A stretch of DNA of 57,898 nucleotides, taken from positions 1-57,898 of the IMG/VR virus record IMGVR_UViG_3300033273_000437; one strand, 5' to 3'. Below, piece by piece: positions 27,313 through 36,197 of this stretch. The notes beneath the pieces were generated by a model. It was not told the DNA's origin and searched no databases. It was given only the letters and a program-made list of their open reading frames with translations. A program made the position numbers and the translations under genes. Numbering within the stretch: position 1 is the first letter of the stretch; every line of letters starts with the position of its first letter. The DNA is from a virus (taxonomy: Duplodnaviria > Caudoviricetes).

Positions 27313-27585
27313 ATGACCACGTCCGTCACCACCACCAAGTTCAGCGCCGACAAGATTGTCTGGCCTGCACACACTCTTATCTCAAATTACGCTCTCAAAC
27401 ATGCCATCATCGAGTTCCTGGACAACAACCCTGAAGGTGTAAGGAACTGCGATGTAGGTAGAGCGATTGGATACAACGACTCTCGTCAGTGGTTCAGCTT
27501 CGGATTGCTTGAATCCTTGATCAAGGAAGCGAAGGTCGAGAAATGCTCGATCAATGGCAATACTCTCTACTTCTCTGTGGGTTGA
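27313..27585 (+). CDS. Winged-helix-like small protein
   Basis: AIIEFL..NPEGV...DVGRAIG...LESLIKE.KVEK pattern. Confidence 0.55.
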   Translation: MTTSVTTTKFSADKIVWPAHTLISNYALKHAIIEFLDNNPEGVRNCDVGRAIGYNDSRQWFSFGLLESLIKEAKVEKCSINGNTLYFSVG

Positions 27586-27703
27586 ATCATGAATAACTTA
27601 ATTGAACCCGAACCATCCCGTATTGCGGTGGTTATCTCGGAGACATCGATAACTTGTACAACAACTTGTACAACACACACACTCTCTCTTCACCCGATTG
27701 ACC

Positions 27704-27856
27704 ATGACTATTGATCATCTCGAAATGCTTACTCGACGTGAGCAATTGATGGAAGACATCATTGCAATTATGAGTGACTACGACTCCAGGGAATCATCTG
27801 ATTCGTTAATCGCAGACTTATGCGATGCCGTCTGTAAAAACTTTCCTAACACCTGA
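27704..27856 (+). CDS. Small hypothetical protein, 50 aa
   Basis: REQLMEDI...LCDAVCKNFP; CT-rich leader. Confidence 0.55.
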   Translation: MTIDHLEMLTRREQLMEDIIAIMSDYDSRESSDSLIADLCDAVCKNFPNT

Positions 27857-27863
27857 TTGATCT

Positions 27864-27998
27864 ATGACTGACCTATTACGAGCACGCTACGAGGAGTACA
27901 TCGCAAACTTTGATCCCTCTCCTCAGAACTACGGCGACGACTACAGCACACCCCCAGATTTTGAAACCTGGGTTATCGAACAGGAGGAAGAAGAATGA
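27864..27998 (+). CDS. Small acidic hypothetical protein, 44 aa
   Basis: Read by hand; ATGA-coupled to the next ORF. Confidence 0.45.
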   Translation: MTDLLRARYEEYIANFDPSPQNYGDDYSTPPDFETWVIEQEEEE

Positions 27999-28318
27999 CT
28001 CCCAAACCACCAGTCGAATACTCACGCATCACACGATCTGTTGAACTCAAGGACTATGTAATCGGTGGCAACTCTGATTATTGGCTTGAAGTCACACAGT
28101 GGGAAAACGGTGAGGGTTTCGATCTTCACTTAAGTCGTGATGCACAGTGGCTTTCACTGTCTTGGGAAGAATACAGTGCAATGCTGGCAGCACTTGGTGA
28201 TTGGGTTGAACAACCCGCTGATGTTTGCCCGCACATCGCCACAACAACTGACGGCAGTAATTACTGCAAACTTGGCCTAAAAACTCTTCTTAATTACGCA
28301 GGAGAATCTTTGAAATGA
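27995..28318 (+). CDS. Hypothetical protein
   Basis: EVTQWENGEGFD motif; coupled operon. Confidence 0.6.
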   Translation: MTPKPPVEYSRITRSVELKDYVIGGNSDYWLEVTQWENGEGFDLHLSRDAQWLSLSWEEYSAMLAALGDWVEQPADVCPHIATTTDGSNYCKLGLKTLLNYAGESLK

Positions 28319-28521
28319 GCTACACGCATTATTTTGATGTGCGAATTGCTAATCATTTTCAATCGGACGTAGAAGATTTTGAGGAGGCACTTAAATCTTG
28401 GGCTAAGACGTTCGAGGATGCTTCAGCACTGCGTTCCCACTTGTTGAGTTCTGATGAGGCAACCGGATCGATTTTTGCAGGAATTGAGTTTTCTGAAACT
28501 ATTCAGGAGGCTGAACAGTGA
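28315..28521 (+). CDS. Hypothetical protein
   Basis: ATGA coupling to the previous ORF. Confidence 0.5.
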   Translation: MSYTHYFDVRIANHFQSDVEDFEEALKSWAKTFEDASALRSHLLSSDEATGSIFAGIEFSETIQEAEQ

Positions 28522-28763
28522 AATCAAATCAGGACAAGAGAGCTGATTTCAAGCGTCTGCTCATCCCACGGCTGAAGAAAGCAGTCAAAGCCATCAAGCT
28601 GATTGGCAATCTCTCAGCCAGTCAATATGCCTACACAGAAGGCGAAGCGGAGAAAGTCGTCCAGGCACTCCGTCTTGCAACCGACCAGATCGAGGCAAGA
28701 TTCTTTAAGAAGGATGCGCCCCTGGTCGCTATCCAATTCGATCACACCGAGGCCGACTCATGA
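28518..28763 (+). CDS. Conserved hypothetical protein
   Basis: KR..FKRL...R..KA...I.LIGNL...Y.YTE motif. Confidence 0.6.
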   Translation: MKSNQDKRADFKRLLIPRLKKAVKAIKLIGNLSASQYAYTEGEAEKVVQALRLATDQIEARFFKKDAPLVAIQFDHTEADS

Positions 28764-28960
28764 CCACCTATGCAGCAACAATTGACTTCCTTCATCAAGG
28801 AGTCTTGGAGGAGACGCAGATCACTCTTAAAGCCGATGATCTGGAATCCGCCCAATTGCAAGCTCTTCGTCTATGCACTGAGGCGAACCGTGTATGCGAC
28901 CTTGCCAAGTCTGATTATTCATTCTTCGGACTTGTCAATGCCAGCATCATCGACAACTAG
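28760..28960 (+). CDS. Hypothetical protein
   Basis: ATGA coupling. Confidence 0.5.
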   Translation: MTTYAATIDFLHQGVLEETQITLKADDLESAQLQALRLCTEANRVCDLAKSDYSFFGLVNASIIDN

Positions 28961-28965
28961 CCAAT

Positions 28966-28992
28966 AAAAAACCCCGGATCTCACCCCGGGGT
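28966..28992 (-). terminator. Hairpin with flanking A-run (minus-strand or bidirectional terminator)
   Basis: AAAAA-ACCCCGG-ATCTCACC-CCGGGGT. Confidence 0.5.
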
Positions 28993-29153
28993 CGTATCTC
29001 TCTCACCTTCCAACCGCTTCGTAGCGGACGGTTGGTGAGCCCAAATTCTAACTCAGTGTCTACAGACACCATTTCCATACTGGACAGGACAGCCTTTTCC
29101 GCTTATCTTGTCTAGGACAGGCACTTCGCCTCGTATCTCTCTCACTCAAAACC

Positions 29154-30221
29154 ATGCAAGCAATCACCCAAGCCGACACCGTCAGCACCCAGTACGCCCG
29201 TGAAAAGGCAGCCCTTGTCTATGGCCGCTACAAGCAGAACGGCTACTCGGTCAATCCACTTGTCTCCCAGGCTGGCGGCACCTTGATCACAGACCGCGTC
29301 TCCGCTTCAGAAGCCTTTCAGTTGGCTGGCGCTGACTTCAAGGTCAAGAAGACCGTCGTCAACTATGTCCACGACGATGAGCAGCGCATGTCCAAGGATC
29401 ACTGCGCCATTGTCCGAGAGGACACCGGAGATTGCCTGGGGATCATGGGCAAAAGCTACACCCCAGTCCAGAACGACGCTCTGATCCTGATGTTCGACTA
29501 CCTGCGGGAGAACGTCGAGATCGACAACATCCTGACCATTCGTCAGGGAAGGAAGGTCTTCGTCTCCGCTCGCTGCGACATCGAGGGTGAAGTCACCTCA
29601 GGCGACAAGGTGCGCCGCTACCTCCACGCCTTCAACTCCTTCGATGGCTCCTCTGCATTCGGTGTCTTCTTCTCCGACATCCGTCTGCTGTGCGCCAACC
29701 AGATCAACTACCTCTGCAACAAGGGTGCCCGCCATGCCAAGTCAGAAGGTGCTGCTTTGGTGATGCGTCACACCCGCAGTGTCAAAGCCTTTGCTCGGGC
29801 CTTGCCCCAGCTGATCAATGTCGAGCAGCAGAAGTTCGAGACGGATCTCAGCAAGCTTCGTCCCCTGACGACGCTCAAGCTCACTGCTGACAACGCACGT
29901 CAAGTCCTGGAGCACACTTATGCCGACTACCTCGCTCGTCCTATTAAGGATAAAGACACCGGGGCAAAGCGTCCGCGTCTGCTCTCTGACCTTCCCCAAG
30001 TCGATCGCATCCGCTCGCATTACAGCGGCGAGACAGGCTTTGGCGTTGAACGTGGCACTGCCTGGGGACTCTTCCAGGCCATCACTCAGTACGAAACTCA
30101 CGATGCTGGCCGACTCAAGAGCGATGTAGAGCGTGCCCGTACCCGCCTGGAATCTCTCTGGGGTGGCGCTGGTGCCAAACGCATTGAGAAAGCCCGCGAA
30201 GCACTCCTGGCTCTCGTCTGA
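29154..30221 (+). CDS. DUF932 family phage/plasmid protein
   Basis: YTPVQN, NSFDGSS, IRLLCANQ, RHT, GTAWGLFQAITQY. Confidence 0.85.
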   Translation: MQAITQADTVSTQYAREKAALVYGRYKQNGYSVNPLVSQAGGTLITDRVSASEAFQLAGADFKVKKTVVNYVHDDEQRMSKDHCAIVREDTGDCLGIMGKSYTPVQNDALILMFDYLRENVEIDNILTIRQGRKVFVSARCDIEGEVTSGDKVRRYLHAFNSFDGSSAFGVFFSDIRLLCANQINYLCNKGARHAKSEGAALVMRHTRSVKAFARALPQLINVEQQKFETDLSKLRPLTTLKLTADNARQVLEHTYADYLARPIKDKDTGAKRPRLLSDLPQVDRIRSHYSGETGFGVERGTAWGLFQAITQYETHDAGRLKSDVERARTRLESLWGGAGAKRIEKAREALLALV

Positions 30222-30224
30222 TCC

Positions 30225-30432
30225 GCTGGCGGGCGGGGTAGTTCCTAGCACCCCAAATGCGTCCTCCGCAGTGAAGCCTGCAACTGCTCGGGTCAAGCGG
30301 TTGGTGAGGTGCAGCGCGGAACTGCACCTTCAGGCCTCTCCTAAGCAAAAGCGGTCCCATCGAGGACTCCGGTGATTCCATCATGAATAGGGCCGGAAGT
30401 AAGGACGCTGCCGTAAGTCCAGCCCCCTTTTT
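30225..30432 (+). ncRNA. Candidate multibranch structured RNA
   Basis: At least seven mutually compatible helices in about 210 nt, ending in a T-run. Confidence 0.55.
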
Positions 30433-30463
30433 GTTCTTATTCCTCTCTCTCCATCGCCAACTG

Positions 30464-30664
30464 ATGACACTCCGATACATCGAGGACGTTCCTGCTGGTA
30501 CTCCCATCCACCTCGGATCCAAAGGCGGTGAGTACTTCTTCAGTCCGACCGGGCAAAAGATCTACATCTCTCGCGCTCCCAAACCAGCTCGAACACCCAG
30601 ACGCTTCAGGCCCAGGCGTGGTGCCTTCCTCCGCTTCACAGAAAACCAATCCTCAAACGTATGA
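30464..30664 (+). CDS. Small basic protein with a GxxGG-Y adaptor-like motif
   Basis: HLGSKGGEYFFSPTGQKIY resembles the PBCV basic adaptor motif. Confidence 0.55.
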   Translation: MTLRYIEDVPAGTPIHLGSKGGEYFFSPTGQKIYISRAPKPARTPRRFRPRRGAFLRFTENQSSNV

Positions 30665-30930
30665 ACCTCACACAACGCCAGATCTACGAACGCACCTTCA
30701 CAAACAACCTCCAACCCCAACAACCCGTTGACTTCACGAAGCTTCTACACCGCAAGCCTGAAAAGCTTGATGTTGATAAGGACAGTATTGTCAATCTCAA
30801 GAGGTGGGCAATCCAACGCTTCAACGACACCAAAAAAGAGCGAGACTTGCAGTACCAGCTCTGCACGATGCACTTTTGGGATGGTTACATCAGTGCCATC
30901 ACTGAAATCCTTGAGATGGAGGACCAATGA
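30661..30930 (+). CDS. Hypothetical protein
   Basis: FWDGYI.A..ILEME; ATGA coupling. Confidence 0.55.
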   Translation: MNLTQRQIYERTFTNNLQPQQPVDFTKLLHRKPEKLDVDKDSIVNLKRWAIQRFNDTKKERDLQYQLCTMHFWDGYISAITEILEMEDQ

Positions 30931-31118
30931 AAAAGGACACCTACCTTTTCCTCGGATTCTTTTTCGAGGCACTCAAGCCTCACGCGACCGCTCTTCTTGA
31001 CGCTGCAATTGACATTGCTGATGCGGCTGTTTCGGCTTCCACCAGAATGGAAGTTCGGTCTGCCGAATGTGCGTCATCAATAGATGCACCTAAAGTGTAA
31101 ACGCGATGACAATGTCAG

Positions 31119-31259
31119 ATGCTCGTTTATTCAGTAGAAGATCTAAACAATGTTTGGGTCGCAGAGCGGGTCATTGAGCTACTCGATGACTCACGCAGTG
31201 AGGATGCCAAAGCCATTGCTAAAGAATGGGGCATGGACATGGACGACAGTAATCTTTAG
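31119..31259 (+). CDS. Small hypothetical protein, 46 aa
   Basis: Read by hand (MLVYSVEDLNNVWVAERV...). Confidence 0.4.
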   Translation: MLVYSVEDLNNVWVAERVIELLDDSRSEDAKAIAKEWGMDMDDSNL

Positions 31260-31307
31260 GAACTGTTAAGTTCATCTCAGGAAGGGCATAGGTAACACCT
31301 GCCAACC

Positions 31308-31339
31308 GACCGGGTTAGGGAGACCTACCCGGTCTTTTT
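31308..31339 (+). terminator. Intrinsic terminator ending the early region
   Basis: GACCGGG...CCCGGTC stem followed by TTTTT. Confidence 0.75.
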
Positions 31340-31563
31340 CGTGCAAAACTAGGTAAACGCATTCGGGTCATGCGTCTCCTACTTGTTTGTCTAAAAGGCT
31401 TATGTAGAGCACTTGGTTATCAGCTCGTGCCACTCCCTGTAGTCCCAAATAGACCACCTTCGGTGTCCCCCTACAAGCATGTTGAGGTGTACGACAACGA
31501 TTGGTATGACTAGGTTTCCTTTAATGCCGACTTAAATTATTGGAGCTACATTGAGGATCGACG

Positions 31564-31749
31564 ATGAGATCCAAGATGTTCGCACCAGCCCTCATGATCA
31601 AGATCACGGAACCCTCTGGAGAGCTTTACGAGATCAAGGCAATCAGCGATGAAGAGGTGCTTTCCGCGAACAAAAACTTCATCGCCAAGGATCTTCCTTT
31701 TCGTGTTTGTCGTCCCGGATACTGTTCACGTATTCAGAATGCTGCTTGA
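31564..31749 (+). CDS. Hypothetical protein
   Basis: ORF track. Confidence 0.45.
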   Translation: MRSKMFAPALMIKITEPSGELYEIKAISDEEVLSANKNFIAKDLPFRVCRPGYCSRIQNAA

Positions 31750-31780
31750 CGCGCTTAGATGGGATATGTACCCCTACAAA

Positions 31781-32189
31781 TATGGAGTACGTCACAGACT
31801 GCGCGGTACCGCTCTCACTCATACCCCTTGAGTATCGGCACCCCTTAGCGCAGCAATTTGAAGAGATTGATGAGGATGGGGATCTCATTCGCAGTTATGA
31901 CGAATGGGGGCTTGCCTCTGTCATGACTTACGCCTACACCCGCAAGGTGGCAACTAAGTCTGAATATGGTCAGATGGAGGAGGTTATAGGTGCCTGTCTG
32001 GAAGAGTCCAGACACAGCCGTACCGAGAACAAGGAATTGTTCCAAATGATCAAACGTGGGATTAAATCAGGAAATGAGCAAGCGGTTCTGCCATTTGCAA
32101 AGGTTCTGACCTCTCGGATCGGTTGCGCCCTGGCTGAGCAGCACGGGGGTATGCCCGATGACGATGAGGACTTCGATGAGGAAGATTGA
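31781..32189 (+). CDS. Hypothetical acidic protein
   Basis: ORF track; likely start MEYVTD. Confidence 0.55.
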
Positions 32190-32388
32190 AACCAGCGTCA
32201 ATGATCAACTACGTTTTGCTCAAGTTGTAAAAGAACTTGAGAAGCTTGATCACGATAAATTGTTGGAAGCTTCAAAGAATTTAGCCAGATTGGCGTTTCT
32301 GATGCAACCTGCAGCTATGCGCTGGGCAGCATTTGAAGCAGCACAAAATCTAGGTAATTGCTATGGAACGACCCAAGGAATTGAATGA
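32176..32388 (+). CDS. Small two-helix protein, possibly NblA-like
   Basis: TSVNDQLRF...LEKLDHDKLLE...LAR; weak resemblance only. Confidence 0.35.
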   Translation: MRKIETSVNDQLRFAQVVKELEKLDHDKLLEASKNLARLAFLMQPAAMRWAAFEAAQNLGNCYGTTQGIE

Positions 32389-32791
32389 GCGTCAAATCCT
32401 GGCCGCGCAGGCTCTTGCTGCTGGTTTTACTTGGCGTGATGCAGCTAAACGGGCAAAGTGCTCGACCGAAGGGATTCGGGCTTGGAAACAGCTTGAAGAA
32501 TTCAATAACGCGATCTGGGGTTATCAGCAGGAAATCTTTCACCGCTCCTTTGGAGTGACTTCAGAAGCGTTGCCTGACGCTATCCGAAAGCTGAGGGAGA
32601 TTATCGATACTGAGGATCCTGACGTTGGAGTCAACGTTAAAGTTCAGGCAATCAAGATCTTGATCGATTCCGCTCACAAACAGTATGAAGCGCGGACGAT
32701 TGAACGTCGCCTAGAACAGCTGGAAGCAAATGCCCAACGCGAAGCTCTTATCCCGGTTAGAGAGGTTAGAGAAATTACAGAAGCAGCGTGA
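32363..32791 (+). CDS. terS: Terminase small subunit
   Basis: HTH (LNERQILAAQ.LAAG...AAKRA...W) overlapping the large subunit start. Confidence 0.75.
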   Translation: MERPKELNERQILAAQALAAGFTWRDAAKRAKCSTEGIRAWKQLEEFNNAIWGYQQEIFHRSFGVTSEALPDAIRKLREIIDTEDPDVGVNVKVQAIKILIDSAHKQYEARTIERRLEQLEANAQREALIPVREVREITEAA

Positions 32792-34142
32792 GAAGGAGGC
32801 TGCTAATCAACGTCTCACCAGCACGGGTGTTGGATTTAAGCCTAAGTTTCCAACAGCAGATAACTGGAAAGACTTTGCGCCTCTGACCTGGATTCGGACA
32901 TCAGGCAGCGTCAAACCTTTTCAGCCCTTTGATATTCAGAAGAAGTTAATAGAATCGATATGTTCTCACCAGTACACGATCGTCCTCAAAAGCCGTCAGG
33001 TCGGCGCATCTGAGACGGTCTGCTCCTATCTGCTGTGCAGGGCACTCACAGAGCCGGGTTTCGCTGCTGTTGTCTTCTCCAAGACAGCTACTGACTCAGG
33101 AGCATTAGGTAAACGGATCCGAGCCCAGGCCGCCAGCATCGAGAACTCAGGCATCGAGTTCACAACCGAGTCCAACAGTGAACTGTCGTTCAAGGGTCTC
33201 GGGACGATCTACTTCCTCCCTGCTACTCCCCGAGCCGCCCGTGGTATCCCTTCTGTTTCCGTTGTGGTGCTCGATGAAGCCGCTTTCCTGGACGGAGCAG
33301 ACGAGATCTACACCGCAGCACAGCCGACGATGGCAACGCTCGGAGAGAAGGCCAAGCTCATACTTCTGTCCACCCCGAATGGGATGGGCAATATGTTCGC
33401 CAACCTCTGGCACGGAGAAGACGACGGATGGAACCGCTTTCGCATTCATTACTCAGATATTCCGATCTATGCGGCGGATCCTGATTGGGCGCAGAAGACT
33501 AAGGACAAGGCAAAGCTCACGGAGCGTTCTTGGAGGCAGGAGTATGAGATGGACTTCGTCGCCTCCGATGCCCAGGTCTTCCCCCCGGAATTGGTAGAGA
33601 AAGCCTGCCATGGAAACTGCATCGAGTCCGGTCTGATCAACCGGGACTACATCATGGCGATCGACCCAGCTGGTGGTGGCGATGATTATTGGTGTTCAGT
33701 TGTCTTAGACATAACGACTACGCCTTACAGGGTCGTCAACATGTTCCGCGTCAGATACAAGTCTTCCGACTGGTGTATCAAACAGATTATTGAGCAGGCT
33801 GAGAACTTCAGCCCCTCGAAGGTGATCGTTGAAAAGAACGGTGTGGGAGCTGTCGTATCTGAGATTCTTTCCAAGGCCCTGGCCAAATACATGGTCGAGC
33901 CTTACAACACCAACCGTCCTAACAAAATCTCAAATACAGACCGTATTACTTATTTCCTGGAGCGTGAAGAGCTGCTCCTGCCTAGAGATCCCTTCTATCA
34001 AGAGCTTTTGATGTTCCGCCAACTCCAGACAGGTGATCGCCAGGCAGGGGATGGCGCTCATGATGATTCCGTGATGGCACTTGCTCTCGCACTCTCAGTA
34101 GTTGCTACAACTCCAACGACTGATTGGTTGGATCTCATCTAA
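32730..34142 (+). CDS. terL: Terminase large subunit
   Basis: KSRQVGAS (Walker A), VLDEAAF (Walker B), STPNG, RQEY, IDPA, HDDSVMALALA. Confidence 0.93.
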   Translation: MPNAKLLSRLERLEKLQKQREKEAANQRLTSTGVGFKPKFPTADNWKDFAPLTWIRTSGSVKPFQPFDIQKKLIESICSHQYTIVLKSRQVGASETVCSYLLCRALTEPGFAAVVFSKTATDSGALGKRIRAQAASIENSGIEFTTESNSELSFKGLGTIYFLPATPRAARGIPSVSVVVLDEAAFLDGADEIYTAAQPTMATLGEKAKLILLSTPNGMGNMFANLWHGEDDGWNRFRIHYSDIPIYAADPDWAQKTKDKAKLTERSWRQEYEMDFVASDAQVFPPELVEKACHGNCIESGLINRDYIMAIDPAGGGDDYWCSVVLDITTTPYRVVNMFRVRYKSSDWCIKQIIEQAENFSPSKVIVEKNGVGAVVSEILSKALAKYMVEPYNTNRPNKISNTDRITYFLEREELLLPRDPFYQELLMFRQLQTGDRQAGDGAHDDSVMALALALSVVATTPTTDWLDLI

Positions 34143-34360
34143 TGGAAGTCGACCTGAGTGCTTACAACAGCTCTAATCCTGCATACAGAAAGAGGATGAA
34201 AGAGTGCCTCAACGACTCTGTTTCAGAGTACTCAGACGAGGACAACTTTAAGGACATCTTCTATGAGGATCTGGGTACCTCCTTAAAAGAACTGCACCGG
34301 TACCACCAGGAGAAAGCTTCTGCTCTTAAGGGTTTGCTTATCAAGCTCGGTTATCAATAG
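34142..34360 (+). CDS. Hypothetical protein
   Basis: TAATG coupling after terL. Confidence 0.55.
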   Translation: MEVDLSAYNSSNPAYRKRMKECLNDSVSEYSDEDNFKDIFYEDLGTSLKELHRYHQEKASALKGLLIKLGYQ

Positions 34361-34400
34361 ATGATTGTTAGATTGGAGTTAATGAGTTAAGGCTGAAACT

Positions 34401-36197
34401 TTGCCGGAAACTTCGGAAACTCCTGAATTGAAAATGGACTCTGATATCCGTGCTGATGGTGTTCTGGTTAACGCCATCTCAGGCCTTGGCACAAAGAAGG
34501 ATAAAAGCGAGTATTACAACCTGCGTAACCCTCGCTTGCTAGGCGAGGCCGAGCTTGAGGCTCTGTATTACGACCCTCTTTGTCGTCGTCTAGTCGACAT
34601 CTATTCAGAAGCTGCTGTTACTGAAAAGCCGACCATCAAACTTGGTGAGGAAACTGAAGATTACGACGGCATCATTAAAGCTTTTGAAAACTACCTGGAG
34701 GAAATTGACTTTTACTTCTACATCGAAGAAACGCTCAAACTACAGCGAATCTATGGAGGAGCTGCACTATTTCTGGTCCTGGATGACGGGCTTGAGCCTA
34801 GTGAGCCTGTTATTCCTGAGCGTGTTCGGGGCATTGCTGACCTCGTCCCGCTCTCCCGACGAGAAATTGTTCCCAACGATTACAACTACCTCAACTACAG
34901 GAACCCCGAGCTTTACAGAATCTCCACCAGCAAAAGTGTTCAACAGGAGAACGACCTCAACTATCTGCTCGTCCACTCCAGTCGAGTACTGCGAATTGAC
35001 GGACTATTTCTCCCCTGGCGGCAACGCCTTGTAAATGAAGGCTGGGGACTTTCTTATCTCCAACCGTTCTTCGACGTATGGAAGCGGTATCGCGGAGCCA
35101 CTGATGGCATGGCCACGATGCTCAACGAGATGGATTTATTTGTCCACAAAATTCCTGGGCTCGCTAGTAAGGTCACAGCGGGCAACGAGAAGGCTCTCAA
35201 GACACGTCTCGAAGCCAATGCACTTGCTAGGTCGTTATATGGCGGGATGGCACTGGACACTGAGGAAGAAGTCTCATTTGCGTCTCGTTCTTTGGGTGGA
35301 GCCCAGGACATCTTTGATCGCTTGGTAGACGATCTGGTCGCAGCTGCCGACATGCCCAAGACGTTGCTCTTTGGAACTTCTCCTGCAGGTGGCCTTTCCG
35401 AGTCTGGTAAATACGAGGACAAAGCCTGGGCAGCCTCTGTAGAGCGTTATCAAACTCACTCTCTTCGTCGTGGTCTGAATCAGTTCTTCCAGCTGATCCT
35501 GTCCATGCCTCAAGGACCAACCCAAGGCAACATCCCTGATGAGTGGAGCGTCTACTTCCCGCCCTACTTCTCTGAGTCAGACAGCGACAAGGCAGAGCTT
35601 CGTAAGTCTGTAGCTGATACAGACAAGCTTTACGTCGACATGGGAGTTCTCACACCCCTTGAGATCCGTAAAGCTCGTTTCTCTGGCACTGAGTACAGCA
35701 TTGAAACGGTTCTTCAGGAGGAGGAAGAAGAGCGTCTCCAACTCAAGGCTCAATTAGAGCAGGAGTCGATGATTCAGGGCTACATCGGACAGCAAGCTGC
35801 ACTGGAGCAAGCTCAGCAACCCGTTGAAGAACCCACCCCTGAGCCAACTGAAGTAACTGATGCAGAGGATATCGTTCATATGAACGGTCTTCCCCTTGCA
35901 CTGGGTAAAAGCAACGGACTATTCCGGGTTGGACATCTTCTACATGCAGACGGTCAGCGTAATGATGCTGAGCAGGAAGTTCTTGTCGGAAATCGTTTCA
36001 ATGACAGGAAGATTTATCGCAGCCATTATGTTGAAGACGGCATAATTAAGTCAGGACCACTGCTTTTGGGGTTCTACTCCTCTCGTTCCGCAAATAAGGC
36101 TTTTCAGACTTTCGCTAACGGGAAACAAGTCGGTGGGATTGAACAGCTTCAGGAAGCCGATATCGAACATCTGAAAACCTCGTTCGACTACCCGTGA
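34401..36197 (+). CDS. Portal protein (DUF1073-like) with C-terminal extension
   Basis: RIYGGA, VHSSRVL, WGLS, AADMPKTLLFGTSP.G. Confidence 0.85.
   Translation: MPETSETPELKMDSDIRADGVLVNAISGLGTKKDKSEYYNLRNPRLLGEAELEALYYDPLCRRLVDIYSEAAVTEKPTIKLGEETEDYDGIIKAFENYLEEIDFYFYIEETLKLQRIYGGAALFLVLDDGLEPSEPVIPERVRGIADLVPLSRREIVPNDYNYLNYRNPELYRISTSKSVQQENDLNYLLVHSSRVLRIDGLFLPWRQRLVNEGWGLSYLQPFFDVWKRYRGATDGMATMLNEMDLFVHKIPGLASKVTAGNEKALKTRLEANALARSLYGGMALDTEEEVSFASRSLGGAQDIFDRLVDDLVAAADMPKTLLFGTSPAGGLSESGKYEDKAWAASVERYQTHSLRRGLNQFFQLILSMPQGPTQGNIPDEWSVYFPPYFSESDSDKAELRKSVADTDKLYVDMGVLTPLEIRKARFSGTEYSIETVLQEEEEERLQLKAQLEQESMIQGYIGQQAALEQAQQPVEEPTPEPTEVTDAEDIVHMNGLPLALGKSNGLFRVGHLLHADGQRNDAEQEVLVGNRFNDRKIYRSHYVEDGIIKSGPLLLGFYSSRSANKAFQTFANGKQVGGIEQLQEADIEHLKTSFDYP

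Noticed and set aside
30335-30400. Twister ribozyme (CGGTCCCA resembles its core)
   Set aside because: I could not build the required pseudoknots and P1/P2 arrangement by eye.
9424-34142. Inteins or introns in nrdJ, polA, the helicase or terL
   Set aside because: Lengths and motif spacing are normal; no intein splice motifs seen.
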